This document shows positions 50,413-62,949 of a stretch of 64,000 nt of DNA, in pieces. The notes below the pieces were generated by a model. The model saw only the letters and a list, made by a program, of their open reading frames with translations. It did no database searches and was not told where the DNA came from. The stretch is from positions 175,087 to 239,086 of the forward strand of contig NIVC01001335.1 in NCBI GenBank assembly GCA_002269645.1, written 5' to 3'. A program made the translations under genes and the position numbers. Source of the stretch: Macrostomum lignano (taxonomy: Eukaryota). How positions within the stretch are numbered: the stretch's first letter is position 1; each line of letters opens with the position of its first letter.

Positions 50413-52903
50413 ATGACCACAAGATTTATCGCGGCAAGCTGCTACATCCTTGTTATGCTGAGCGGCGCCACGCTGACAATTTTCACGGTGCTGTCGCAGA
50501 GCCTCAGGCGCAAAGTGCGCACCAAGGACATTTCCAAGGACGTGTCCAACATCGACTGCATCATGTACAAGGCCACCATGCTCGGCTTCGTGATCAACGG
50601 GGAGAGCATGGCGGGTAAGACAAGGGCGTGGTTTTGGGGATGGCAGTAGGTAATGGCACAGGGGATGGCAGAGGGGATGGCAGAGGGGATGGCAGAGGGG
50701 ATGGCAGTAGGTAGTGGCACAGGGAATGGCACAGGGGATGGCACAGGGGATGGCACAGGGGATGGCACAGGGGATGGCACAGGGAATGGCAGTAGGTAGT
50801 GGCACAGGGAATGGCACAGGGGATGGCACAGGGGATGGCACAGGGGATGGCAGAGGGGATGGCACAGGGGATGGCACAGGGATTGGCACAGGGAATGGCA
50901 CAGGGGATGGCACAGGGGATGGCACAGGGGATGGCACAGGGAATGGCACAGGGAATGGCAGTAGTTAATGGCACAGGGAATGGCAATAGGTAATGGCACA
51001 GGGGATGACAGTAGGCAATGGCACAGTGAATGGCAGTAGGTAATGGCACAGGTAATGGCACAGGGGATGACAGTAGGGAATGGCATAGGGAATGGCACTG
51101 GGAATGGCACTGGGAATGGCACTGGGAATGGCACAGTGAATGGCACAGGGAATTGCACAGGGAATGGCAGTAGCTGGTGACGCAGCAGGTCTTTCACCCC
51201 ACCTGCTCAACGCCCAGTCGGCCTGATGGGCTTCTTTGCCACGGTGCTTCGCTTTCGCCAAGTTGAAAATGTGGTGTGCGGCCTGAGCTTCCTGCTGGCC
51301 AACGTGTACATCCTGATGACCGTGGCCATCACCAGGACCGACCCGCTGGTGCCCAAACTGCTGGGTAAGCGCCTGCTCTGCTGCTTGGAACTGGAACAGG
51401 AACCGGACAGAATGGGGACAGGAACCGGACAGAATGGGGATAGAAACCGGACAGAATGGGGATAGAAACCGGACAGAATGGGGACAGAAACCGGACAGAA
51501 TGGGGATAGAAACCGGACAGAATGGGGATAGAAACCGGACAGAATGGGGATAGAAACCGGACAGAATGGGGATAGAAACCGGACAGAATGGGGATAGAAA
51601 CCGGACAGAATGGGGACAGAAACTGGAAAGAATGAGGACAGGAACCGGACAGAATGGGGATAAAAACCGGACAGAATGGGGGCAGAAGCCGGGCAGAAGC
51701 CGGGCAGAAACTGGACAGAAACTGGACAGGAACCGGACAGAAACCGGACAGAATGGGACCAGAAGCCGGACAGAAACTGGAAAGGAACTGGACAGAAACT
51801 GGGCAGAAACTGAACAGAAACTGGACAGAAACTGGGCAGAAACTGGGCAGAAACTGGACAGAAACTGGACAGAAACTGGGCAGAAACTGGACAGAATGGG
51901 GGCAGAAGCCGGGCAGAAGCCGGGCAGAAACTGGACAGAAACTGGACAGGAACCGGACAGAAACCGGACAGAATGGGACCAGAAGCCGGACAGAAACTGG
52001 AAAGGAACCGGGCAGAAACTGGACAGGAACCGGACAGAATGGGGGCAGAAGCCGGACAGAAACTGGAAAGGAACCGGGCAGAAACTGGACAGGAACCGGA
52101 CAGAATGGGGGCAGAAGCCGGACAGAAACTGGACAGAAACCGGACAGAAACTGGACAAAATGGGGGCAGAAGCCGGACAGAAACTGGACAGAAACCGGAC
52201 AGAAACGGGATAGAAACCGGACAGAATGGGAACGAACAGAAACAGGACAGAAACTGGACAGAATGGGGGCAGAAGCCGGACAGAAACTGGACAGAAACCG
52301 GACAGAAACGGGATAGAAACCGGACAGAATGGGAACGAACAGAAACAGGACAGAAACTGGACAGAATGGGGGCAGAAGCCGGACAGAAACTGGACAGAAA
52401 CCGGACAGAAACGGGATAGAAACCGGACAGAATGGGAACGAACAGAAACAGGACAGAAACTGGACAGAATGGGGCAGAAGCCGGACAGAAACTGGACAGA
52501 AACCGGACAGAAACGGGATAGAAACCGGACAGAATGGGAACGAACAGAAACAGGACAGAAACTGGACAGAATGGGGGCAGAAGCCGGACAGAAACTGGAC
52601 AGAAACCGGACAGAAACGGGATAGAAACCGGACAGAATGGGGGCAGAAGCCGGACAGAAACTGGACAGAATGGGAACAGAAGCCAAATGCTACTCCGCAC
52701 TGCTCTTAGAGAGAAATTTTCTATTGGACGACGTCAACGTGGAGGTGGTGCAGAAGTGCCTCGAATTGGTGCCGTGGCCCGTCGACTCAGTCGTGGTGGT
52801 GGTGCTGCTGCTGTGCTACCTGAGAGTTTTCCAGTCCATCTGCTGTCTGCTGTACCTGAGGAACAGCTCATTGCTGCCTTACTACTTCGCCTCGGACAAT
52901 TGA
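50413..52903 (+). CDS. Four-transmembrane tetraspanin-like protein. Exons: 50413-50614, 51218-51364, 52710-52903
   Basis: Phase-1 GT-AG introns (G|GTAAG donors) join into one ORF with four hydrophobic helices, including a GLMGFFA TM2 motif. There is no CCG motif. Confidence 0.65.
50638..51172. repeat. 12-bp minisatellite (GGCACAGGGGAT)n
   Basis: Fills intron 50615-51217. Confidence 0.95.
51395..52680. repeat. Composite 11/22-bp minisatellite (AACCGGACAGA / AACTGGACAGA / ATGGGGATAG) with ~100-bp higher-order blocks
   Basis: Fills intron 51365-52709. Confidence 0.95.
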
Positions 52904-53213
52904 AAAGTTGACAGTTAACAACAGCAGTTATTTACAGTTTGCTTATTAAAGCGTTCATATTTAAAATATTTAGCCAATAAATCTCAAATCCGGCTTTGCA
53001 AATTGTTGTTGCGTTTGTCTACTATAAGTAGCCTAGACTGATGAGGATAACTTTTCCTTAAAGACCAGATGAAAATTGTATTTATAAAGTGAGCCTTACA
53101 AGTAGATACTCGTAATTATTACTCGTAATTGGTTATAAATCGCGAGCTTATGAAACAGTCAACAACGTCGCTCATTTACGCATGATCAGGTTAACTTCAG
53201 GTACCCAGCAGCT

Positions 53214-53708
53214 TCACGGGTACTTGATGATGGTGATCTCCATGTCGCGGTACTCGAAGGTGCCCTCCTGAAGGTTCACGTAGTAGGCGGTGTCGGTGAT
53301 GTAGGAGACGCCGTCGCCGCGCAAGGAGGCCGACACGGACACCGAGTGGGGCATGAAGGGCGTGTCCGCGGGAATCACCGCCTCCAGGCTGAAGGGGATC
53401 CGGCGGTCGGCGTTGTATCTCGTCGACACCGCGTTGAGCGTCTGGCTGCCAAGCAGCTTCGACGGCGCGTCCATCAGCGAGATGTCCTGTAGGCGAACTT
53501 CGAGACGGGCGTTGACTGGCAGCTGCTGCGGTGCCGGGTTCAGCAGGACGTAGCCGGAAACGCGGACGGTGCGGCCGGAGCCGGAGTCGGTGATGGACTC
53601 GGAGCCGGAGCCGCCCCTGTTGCCGCTGTTGCAGCTGTGGCCTGTCCGCAGCGAGGCAGCCAGCACGGTGAGCGCCAGAGCCAGACTGAGCTGCAGTTTG
53701 AGCGCCAT
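53214..53708 (-). CDS. Intronless secreted protein with a YbaY/YscW (pilotin-like) domain
   Basis: Signal peptide, Gly/Ser linker, then VSG.V...LP.NARLEVRLQDISLMDAPSKLLG...IPFSL...SVSASL..DG..YITDT, matching the recalled bacterial YbaY motifs (LxDVSLADAPSKVL, PFxF, FITDT). Confidence 0.8.
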   Translation of the reverse strand: MALKLQLSLALALTVLAASLRTGHSCNSGNRGGSGSESITDSGSGRTVRVSGYVLLNPAPQQLPVNARLEVRLQDISLMDAPSKLLGSQTLNAVSTRYNADRRIPFSLEAVIPADTPFMPHSVSVSASLRGDGVSYITDTAYYVNLQEGTFEYRDMEITIIKYP

Positions 53709-54233
53709 TCCGAGACTTGCAGGGGGTTCTAAGTAAAGCTTGCTTGTGTTAAAAAATCAGCTAAGAAGGGCCGGCTCTCTGAGTTGTCGGAGCTGGCCGC
53801 GAGTTGCCGCGCCATAAATACAGAGCTGGCACCGTGCGAGATTTCTTATCTAATCAGCTTGTTGTTTTTGCTGGCCTCTCTTATCGAGCTCGAGAGCAGA
53901 CTGTTTTGGCGCAGATTTGCCTGCAGGTGACCCACTCTGCAGAAATGCTTATGCGCACTAGATTGCACTGCTCTGCATTGTTCTGCGGTGCGGGGTGCAC
54001 CGGAAAAGCATGGTGCTGCCCTCTGACTCTCTCATACACACACCTGTCAGCAGGTCACTGTAGAGGTGACTAAGCTTGACCCGATCGATAGGCATCGAGG
54101 CTTCGCTTCGATTTGCTTGGCAGCCCTGCTGCCGGGGAAAAATTCGCCGGATTGGCCGCCGAATGGCTGACCGAATCAGAAATGCACGAGCGGGCCCTGA
54201 CTGGCCTGGATTTGGGCAGGTCAGCTGCGGGCG

Positions 54234-56964
54234 ATGTGCCGGTCTGCCGCCAGCCTGCCAGCTCGTCCTAGCCTCTCCATGCTCATCTCCCTAATGCTGC
54301 TACAGCAGCTTCTGCTGGCGGCTCACTGCCGCCAGCAGCTGTTCTGTCGCGACGGCGTCTTCAACTTGGCCATCGTGCAGAATTCTGAGTTCAACTGCCT
54401 GGCCAGCGCCGAGGCGGAGTTTCCCATCACGGAGGCGCAGTTCTTGCGAGGACTCGCCGTCCACTTTGCTGTCGACAGAATCAACAGGGAGCAGCTGCGC
54501 CCGGAGCTGCGCGCACGTGGATGGACGTTCGGCTTCGTCCATTTGGACCCCTGCATGTCGTCAGCCGCAGCCGTCAGTCTGACGAAGAACCTGCGCCCTG
54601 CCTGGCAGCACGGCGCCCTTGCAGCCGGAGGCGCCTTCTGCTCTCAGCGGCTCAGCGGCATCGAGGAGTCGGTCTATCTCATTCAGGCCGCTGCGGCCGC
54701 CTGGTACAGCAGCACCACGGACATCGTGTCACGTCTGCTGTCGCCCTACCAGCTGCCGCAGGTGTCCACCGAGTCCAGCAGCGACGCGTTCTCGGACCGG
54801 GAGCGGTACCCGAACGTCTACCGGCTGGTGTCACCGGATCGCCACCAGGCCAGAGCCGCGGTGCAGCTGGTGCGCCACTTCGGCTGGACCTACGTGGCCA
54901 TCATCCACAGAGACGACGTGTACGGGAGGGGCCTCGCGCACAACACCAGGCTCCTACTGGCTGCAGCACCGAGCGAAGGAGGCAACTCCAGCGAATCCGC
55001 TGCACCGGTGTGCGTTGCCTTCACCCTGGCGTTGAACCAGCTCACTTCCGTATCCGACGCGCTGGACGCCATCGACTCTCGGCAAAACTTGACCGTGTTT
55101 CTCGTGTACGAACTATTCAGCCTGGTGCCCGACAGGCTGCTTGCCCGCATCGCCTCCCGCGGTGGCACCATCATCACCTCCGACACGAACGCCGATTCGT
55201 ACAAAGACTACACTCGGGGCGCCTTCTACGTAGCCTTTCCGCAGTTTCCCGTGCCAGACTTGCTCCGCTTTTACCACTCGTTGAACCTCGCCCAGCTGGT
55301 GGAGTTCCCGTTCGGCTTTCAGCTGCAGAAGGTTCTCTCCGTTGGCAATTGCACAGCTGCTGGCAACGTCACATCAGCTGGGTGCAGTGCCAAGGTCGCC
55401 TCTCTGTCGCGTTTAAGCCTCAACGTTAAAGTGGCTCCGCTGGCTCGCATGCTGGACTCGCTGACGCTCATCGCCGACAGCGTCCAATCGGTCGCCCTAA
55501 GCGAAGAGTGTCAGCCGAGCGTCGCAGAGGGAAACCTCAGCCAGCTACTCAGCTGCATCACTGGCCCTCGAATTTCCACCCTCATTGCTGCGTCAAATTT
55601 TTCAACAACAGCTCGCCGGCATTTTATCGCTGACTTTGACGGCTTCGACTCCAGCGGCGATGCCGCGCCTGCCTACGACGTGCGCCGCGAGGAAGCCGAC
55701 AGCGAGCTCAAATTGTTCGCCCGATGGACGCAGCGCTCCAGCCTGAGGGTTTGGGACAACGAAACTGCCGCACCGGCGGCCTCGTTCTGCAGCCCGCCCT
55801 GCCCAGCCGGCCACATCCGGGTGCCCAGCGACGCCTGCTGCTTCACCTGCCGCGCCTGCTTCCCGGGCGAAATCGCCGGTTCGGACGGCCTCGCCTGCCT
55901 GCCCTGCCCAACGTTCCTCTGGCCAGAGGCCGAGACCTGCCAGCGGTTGCCTGTCGCCGGCTGGAACGAAGATCTCCTGCTGCCGGGGCTCCTGGTGTGC
56001 GCGGCCCTCCTGGCCACACTGACACTGACTGCGCTGCTGTTGCTGCTGCACCGGCGGGAGCATCGGCTAGTCAAGGCGTCCTCGGTGCAGCTGTCGGTAA
56101 GACTGGTGGCATTTGTTAGTGTGGAACTCGAACTACCATTTTAAATTGTTTCCGACAGGTGGCCTGCCTTTGCGGCAGCCTTCTCGGTCTGTCCGGCCTG
56201 GCACCCATCGCAGTTGAGGCTTCCGACGTCGCCTGCTGCTGCGCGAACGCCGCCACCCAGCTGGGCCTGTCGGTTTGCTACTGCAGCCAGCTGGTGAAGA
56301 CACTGCGCATCCTGCTGGTGTTCAGAGCGTCCGGGGCGGGCCGGCCGACGCCGCAGTTGGCAAGGCAGCGCCCGATTTCTGCGATGCTGGCTGGTCTCGT
56401 CCTGCTGATGGTGAGGCATGGGGATCTGGGATGCTGACCGGCCTTATCAACCCAACAACTACCTGTCCATTTATACAAAACATTGCAGACTGGCATCATC
56501 ATTGGGCTCAGTCTCCGCTGGCCCGTGCAGTCGCGCATCCGTCAGTCGGCCTCGACAACGTCTGACTCAAAGCCGTGGGTGGAGCGGCAGTGCGACCTCA
56601 TGACCGTCAGCTTCTGGGCTCCGCTAGGCTGCAACTTGACCCTACCGGTATTGGGCACCACCTGCCTGCTGGCGCTGCGGACCCGTCAACTGCCCGACAA
56701 TTTTCACGACAGCAAGTGCATCCTGGCGGCCGGCGCCTCCGCGCTCTTCCTCTGGGCGGCATTCACCCGGCTGCGTTGACGGCAACCACATTGGCCACCG
56801 CCGTCAAGTTGATGGTGTTCTCTTGCGTGCTGACCCACGGTCTGCTGCTGGCCATCATGTTCGCGCCGAAGCTTTACGCAGCCTACGCCGTGCCAGAGGC
56901 GCAGTGCAACGTCAAGTTCTACACCGCCAATAACGGCGTATCTTGCAGCAACGAGATGGCCTGA
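54234..56964 (+). CDS. Class C GPCR (mGluR/CaSR/taste-receptor-like: Venus flytrap, nine-cysteine domain, 7TM). Exons: 54234-56096, 56159-56410, 56489-56964; one -1 lesion near 56765
   Basis: PQVS...SDRERYPN..R, FGWTYVAII...DVYG, nine-Cys CSPPC...CCFTCRAC...CLPC...C, LVKAS, LVKTLRI, RQLPDNFHDSKCI and FAPKLY. The start may be ATG 54279. Confidence 0.93.
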
Positions 56965-56994
56965 AATACAAAAATCATAAGTCTTCAATAACTG

Positions 56995-57465
<471 letters not shown>

Positions 57466-58639
57466 TAATGATAACATAAATTGGCAAAATTGATACGTAT
57501 AAAATGCATGTATTTGAAGCACTATTAAATTACTAAGCTCCACAGCCCAAATCTGAAACAGAGGGTTCTGGTGCCTGATTCTCATTGACCCCCTAGGGGT
57601 TTGGAATTATGTTGTTTTCGTCACACAGACTGGGTAATTAGCTGATCTCTGCAGGTAGCTGCCTCAGCTACTCGAGAATGTACAGGTAGAACTGAAGCTC
57701 GCAACTTTGCCTGCTGCATAAATTGTTGACAGGCCTGCTGTAAACACAGCTAAATAATAAGGCTGTAAAGCGGCTGCATCCGGCAACAGGAACGGCGCAT
57801 TAATGGATGCGGACTCGGCTTGGTTTATTGAGCAGCCCCTGCCTCAGCGAAACTGCGTTGTTCGGCTTTTCTCTTTTCTTCTTTATTGATTTTAGCGGAC
57901 TAAGAGTTGGCTGAGAAGCTGAATGAGTCTGAAGGAGATGAGCTGCCATTATTGCCAGCAGCCTGAGCGATTCAGGCAGCGGCTTCCTCATGCGGTTCAG
58001 AGATAAAATTAAAAGTGCACACAGTAATGCGAGCCGAGATGCAATTTGCAATTAGAGCAGAATGAAATGAGTCGGTAAATTTAGGGAGTTTGCAGATTTT
58101 CAGCATTAAATTCCAAATAGCTCAGCTCAGACTGATTTGTTTTTTGCGAGGTTCAGGCGTACTTTATCAAGCAAGCGACCGGGACCGCAGCCCAGCGGTC
58201 TGGGGGGCGCTGCTCTGATGTGCCAGCGGCCCAGGCTCGATTCCAAGTGCAGTCACATTAATTTGCGGCTAAATTGGAACTTTGGCTTGGCTCTGCTCGA
58301 GCAATTAACGTCACTGAGAGCCAACCCCCAAGGCACAGTGAAGTGTGCATGCCTAACGATAAATAAAGTTAGGGCCGCTGTACACTCCTGTGTGATTGTG
58401 TGCCTGTTCAAAGGAGTCGGCGGAGTGGGCAATAATATTCGGCAGTCACTTCTCAGTTTTGAGAATGCGAGACTCCTAACTTGAAAGAAGTTTAAAGAAT
58501 AGGTGCTCAAATAACAAAGCCTTCTCTGAGTACAAATAAAGGTTGATGGTTGATGAGGTTGTTCCTACAAAAGAGTAGGAAGTGCTCAAAACACCGAGCT
58601 TTGATGGGTAGCAACACAAACTTAGAGACAGAAGCGTCC

Positions 58640-59195
58640 ACCAAAAGACAGGGGGCGCGCACCAAGAGATAGAGGCGCCCACCAAGAGACAGGGGCGCCC
58701 ACCAAGAGATAGAGGCGCCCACCAAGAGACAGGGGCGCCCACCAAAAGATAGAGGCGCCCACCAAGAGACAGGGGCGCCCACCAAGAGAAGGGCCCCTAC
58801 CAAGAGGCAGGGCCGCTCACCAAAAGACAAGGGCGCCCACCAAGAGATAGAGGCGCCCACCAAGAGATAGAGGCGCCCACCAAGAGATAGAGGCGCCCAC
58901 CAAGAGATAGAGGCGCCCACCAAGAGATAGAGGCGCCCACCAAGAGATAGAGGCGCCCACCAAGAGACAGGGGCGCCCACCAAAAGATAGAGGCGCCCAC
59001 CAAGAGACAGGGGCGCCCACCAAGAGAAGGGCCCCTACCAAGAGGCAGGGCCGCTCACCAAAAGACAAGGGCGCCCACCAAGAGATAGAGGCGCCCACCA
59101 AGAGATAGAGGCGCCCACCAAGAGATAGAGGCGCCCACCAAGAGATAGAGGCGTCCACCAAGAGATAGAGGCGCCCACCAAGAGACAGGGGCGCC
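58640..59195. repeat. 20-bp minisatellite (GAGGCGCCCACCAAGAGATA)n with a ~238-bp block duplication
   Basis: The variant block GAAGGGCCCCTACCAAGAGGCAGGGCCGCTC appears twice. Confidence 0.95.
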
Positions 59196-60380
59196 CTTTT
59201 CCAAGCTAAGGGATAAAATCCCAAACGTCTTTGGCGCCTAAAATTCCGAGAAATCTGATGGAAATGTCCTATTTTTTCAAAGGTCAACACCGATTGTGCA
59301 AGTACACACCAAGGAGGCTCTTAAGTTCATTGTTGCGCAGTGGTGCCACTTAGAGTTTGATCGGTACTTTAATTCCACCCCTTGCGGAAATGATTGCTCA
59401 CAAGCACCAGACCAGGGCGTGTCCGTGGCGCCCCTTCGCACAAAGGCCAGCAGCCTATTCTCTGACATTTAGCCTTTTGTTGATCAATCTCGCTCTTCCG
59501 TGATAAACTTTGACACAAAGGCCGCAGCGGAAGAGCCAAGCCTCTGGGCGAGCTCAGGGCTTGTTGCGGAAGTAGACGCCCACACAACAGCAGCAGGTCC
59601 ATTGTTTGTTCATCCCACCCCCGCTGCATTGTGCGAACAGTCCGTGTACTCTTTCCTCATCCGGGAGGGAGGTGGGCAAACTTTCTAGAAAACCGCAACG
59701 CATCCGTCAGCGCGCTGAGCCTTCCGCCCGGCGACCTTCGTCCGATACCCACAGACGCAGTGCCACCCACGCGTAGCTGCTCACCTCAAGGTGAGCTTGA
59801 ATTCACCTTGGCGCCATCAGCTCGAGTTCTTGTTTCCCCTAAGTGAATGCTTCTTTGTTAGCCTAGAAAGCTCTTTGGTCTGCTTTGTCATGAATCAGCA
59901 TCAAGAATCCAAAAAATGCTTGAACGTCTACGAAATCTGGGTTGTAATAAGCATTTACACGTCTACTATAACCTTATCCCTTTTCCTGTGGGAATCGGTT
60001 AACCTTCAGTTCTTACAGGCGGTCTCTCCAATCCCAATGGTCAGGTTTTGTCGGCCGTTGTCATGGTGATCGGGGCTATCAAAAATTTGCTTTGAAATTT
60101 TGGACGGCAAAAACTACCGAGGAAGCGGTGGGAGGGTTGGGTAGTTGCTAGTTGGTTGCCGGATGTCTCACAATGGCTTAGTTGAATTAGAGACAGGAAG
60201 GCGAGGGAGGCAGTGAGGAATGATGAGGTGTGTTGGTGGCTTTTCAGGGGCCAAAACAACTTTTTATTGAGCCGGAATTCATTATAAATACGCCGGGCAA
60301 CCAGTGTTGAGAAGTGCCCTCGCAGCTTGTGCGTAGGAGTATCCTGAGCTAAGAGTTCCATAAAAAAATCCACTGATCTG

Positions 60381-61920
60381 ATGGAGAGCCAAAACAAAAG
60401 CGGCGGGAGCGAAACGGAGCGAGGAGTTAAGCTGGGCGTCGATCTCGGACTCGGACTGTGCGCTGGAGTCCTGATTTACCTTCTGGTGTGGCTCTGGGTC
60501 AAGGTGGCGAGCGTACTGGCCGCGCCACTCATCTGCACCGGAGTCAAAGGTCAGCACGGACCGTGGGGCTTCCCGGTGATCGGCCACCTGCCCAGGTTGG
60601 GCACCCAGCCGCACATCCGCCTGCTGGAGTGGTCGCGAGTGTACGGCAACATTTATTTCATCCGAATGGGTCTCTGGCCTGCTCTGGTGGTCAACGGCAC
60701 GGCTGCGATCCGACATGTGCTCACCGAGCACGGCAGGGACATCTGCGACCGGCCGGACTGGAACACCTTCCGCACAATCAGCGGCGGCCGCTCAGTTGCC
60801 TTCGGTTCTGGCAGCTGGTACCTGCGCGATCGCCGCCTCATGCACGCCGGGCTGATTCGCTACGACAGGCGCTACTCCGGCCTGGTCGAGGAGCTCGCCT
60901 CCGAGGAGACGGCGCGCCTTGTCGATGGACTTCTAGGCGAAGGCACCGACGGCCCAGTGAGCAGCATGCGCCACTTGAAGAAGTGGATGAGCTCCATCCT
61001 GTACTCTGTGCTGCACGCTCGCACTCCGGGCTGGTTCGAGAGGTGCATCAGCAACCCGGACTCGCCGTTCACGAAGGTGGTTGACGCGGTGCACTCGCTA
61101 GGAAACAACAACTCCCTGCTGCTCTGCCTGGCTGACATGGTGCCGCCAGTTGCCCGCCTGCTGCCGGGTCGGCTGGCCGAGTTCAAGAGCGTGTCCGACC
61201 AAGTCGACTCGGCAATAGTGGACCTGGTCCATCGCGACGCCGAGAGCCGTCAACCGGGGGAGGCGGCTCGCTGCCTATCGACGAGTTTGGAGACGTCTGC
61301 AACAACGAAACGGCCGGACGGCTGCTCACGGACATCATGGGCGCCTCGGTCAGCACCACGGTGTCGGTTGTGCGCTGGATTCTGTACTACCTGGCGATGC
61401 ACCCAAACTGGCAGGCCAGTGTAGTCGACGAGCTTCGGGAGCAGCTCGGACCGGGCCGGACCGCCATCAGCTGGGCGAGCGACAGCAGCTGCCGAAGCTG
61501 CGCGCCTTTATTGCCGAGGTGCTGCGGCACTCATGCGGCCTGCTGTTCCTCATCCCGCACTGCGCTGTGAGGGACTTCACGCTGGAGTGCGGCACCAGGG
61601 TGGCCAAGGGAACCATCGTGCTCTGCAACATGTGGTCGGCCAGTCGGGACGCCTCGCTGTGGTCCGAGCCGGACGCCTTCCAGCCAGGGCGCTTCCTGGA
61701 CGAGGAGGGCGCCTTCCTAGAGGCGGCCGGCGCCGCGTTTCCCGCATTCGGGGCCGGCTTCCGCAAGTGCGCCGGCAGTAAGCTGGCGATGCAGCTGCTG
61801 TACAATTTCACTCTGCGCCTGCTGCTCGAGTGCCGGGTGGAGTCCACCGGGGGGCCCATGCCCTTCCACTACGACGTGTCGCCACTGGGAATCGAGGCGC
61901 CCGAGTTCCGCTGCGGCTGA
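60381..61920 (+). CDS. Intronless cytochrome P450, clan 2 (CYP1-like), with two -1 lesions (~61285, ~61480)
   Basis: TM anchor, GPWGFPVIGHL, RPDW, I-helix DIMGASVSTT, K-helix EVLR, PGRF, and heme motif FGAGFRKCAG. Confidence 0.92.
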
Positions 61921-62656
61921 CCCGACGCGGCAAGAGCAAGGAGTGACGTTGGGCGGATTTTTGAGACAATTGGACAATAAAAAGTTTTACTCAATTTCAT
62001 CTTGTTTATTCATCTGCAGCGCGTCCAGGCCTTAGTTTTTGCGGATTAGTTTTGCGTTATATTTTAATCACTGGTTTGATTAAACTCTGAAACATATTAG
62101 CTATCATATATGCATGTATTTTATCTACACTTACTCAACTTTGTTAAAAGTGTCATCTTTCTTAGAAATGTTAAACTCATAGATTTTACCCGTGAAAAAT
62201 GATTCAGTTCTTCGATTTCAGATTTCCGATATTTTTCCCCACTATTTTAGCCTTAGAATTCGCTGATCCAATTTATTTTCAACTTAATAAAAAGTGTAAA
62301 AACATCGTAACATTCACTCTTCGGCTTTTGGAGTAGTTAGGAGCGTAGAACCAGGAGAGAATTCAATAGTCATGGATGAAATTTTCAACAAAAAACGATC
62401 CATACTACTAGCTCGAAAGTAGGATAGCAGTATTGAATAAGAGTTAATTATATCAAACCATTAAAAATCAATGGGAGTTCAACTAAGATGTCGTTGTTGC
62501 GCTCTCGCGGAGCTCAGCCCAGAGTCATTTCGCTTCGCAGCTTGGCGGACTCCTCCGGCGGCATCAGCAGGGCGCCAAGGCAGCCGGTGTGGCCGTTGGA
62601 CAGAAAGCGGACGGTCACAGGGCTCTGCGGCGGCGGCGCGGGTTCGGGGCGAGGAG

Positions 62657-62783
62657 TTTCACTTCCAGAGTTACAGACTGATCGGGAACCAACATTTGAG
62701 TTTCACTTCCAGAGTTACAGACTGATCGGGACCAACATTAATCTTCACTTCCAGAGTTACAGACTGATCGGGGACCAACATTT
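62657..62783. repeat. ~42-bp tandem repeat, 3 copies
   Basis: TTCACTTCCAGAGTTACAGACTGATCGGGA.CCAACATT, three times. Confidence 0.9.
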
Positions 62784-62949
62784 GACTGGCAGCCATTTAA
62801 ATGCCAATGGTTTGGGTTTGGGGTTGCAATAAAATGCACCTTCAGACGAAATTTTAGACACTGGACCGTATGAATAAAGTGAGCAATTGCTCAAACTCGA
62901 AGAAAATCTCAATTTGATGAGAAATAGAGTGAGTGCTTGCTTGCTTGCT

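Noticed and set aside
50545-50614. Resemblance of [13 protein letters not shown] to plastid/bacterial CcsA (LDxxxYRxxxLGF)
   Set aside because: No WAxxxWG/WWD motifs; the spliced product fits a 4TM topology better.
53037-53090. Hammerhead ribozyme core CTGATGAG...GAAA
   Set aside because: Stem II is not followed directly by GAAA, and stems I/III were not found.
59280-59475. Plus-strand exon-like frame (VHTKEALKFIVAQWCHLEFDRY...)
   Set aside because: No recognisable family and no partner exons identified; insufficient support.
60041-60397. HKLRGH... resemblance to a CR1/L2 C-terminus
   Set aside because: Weak similarity with no other RT motifs nearby.
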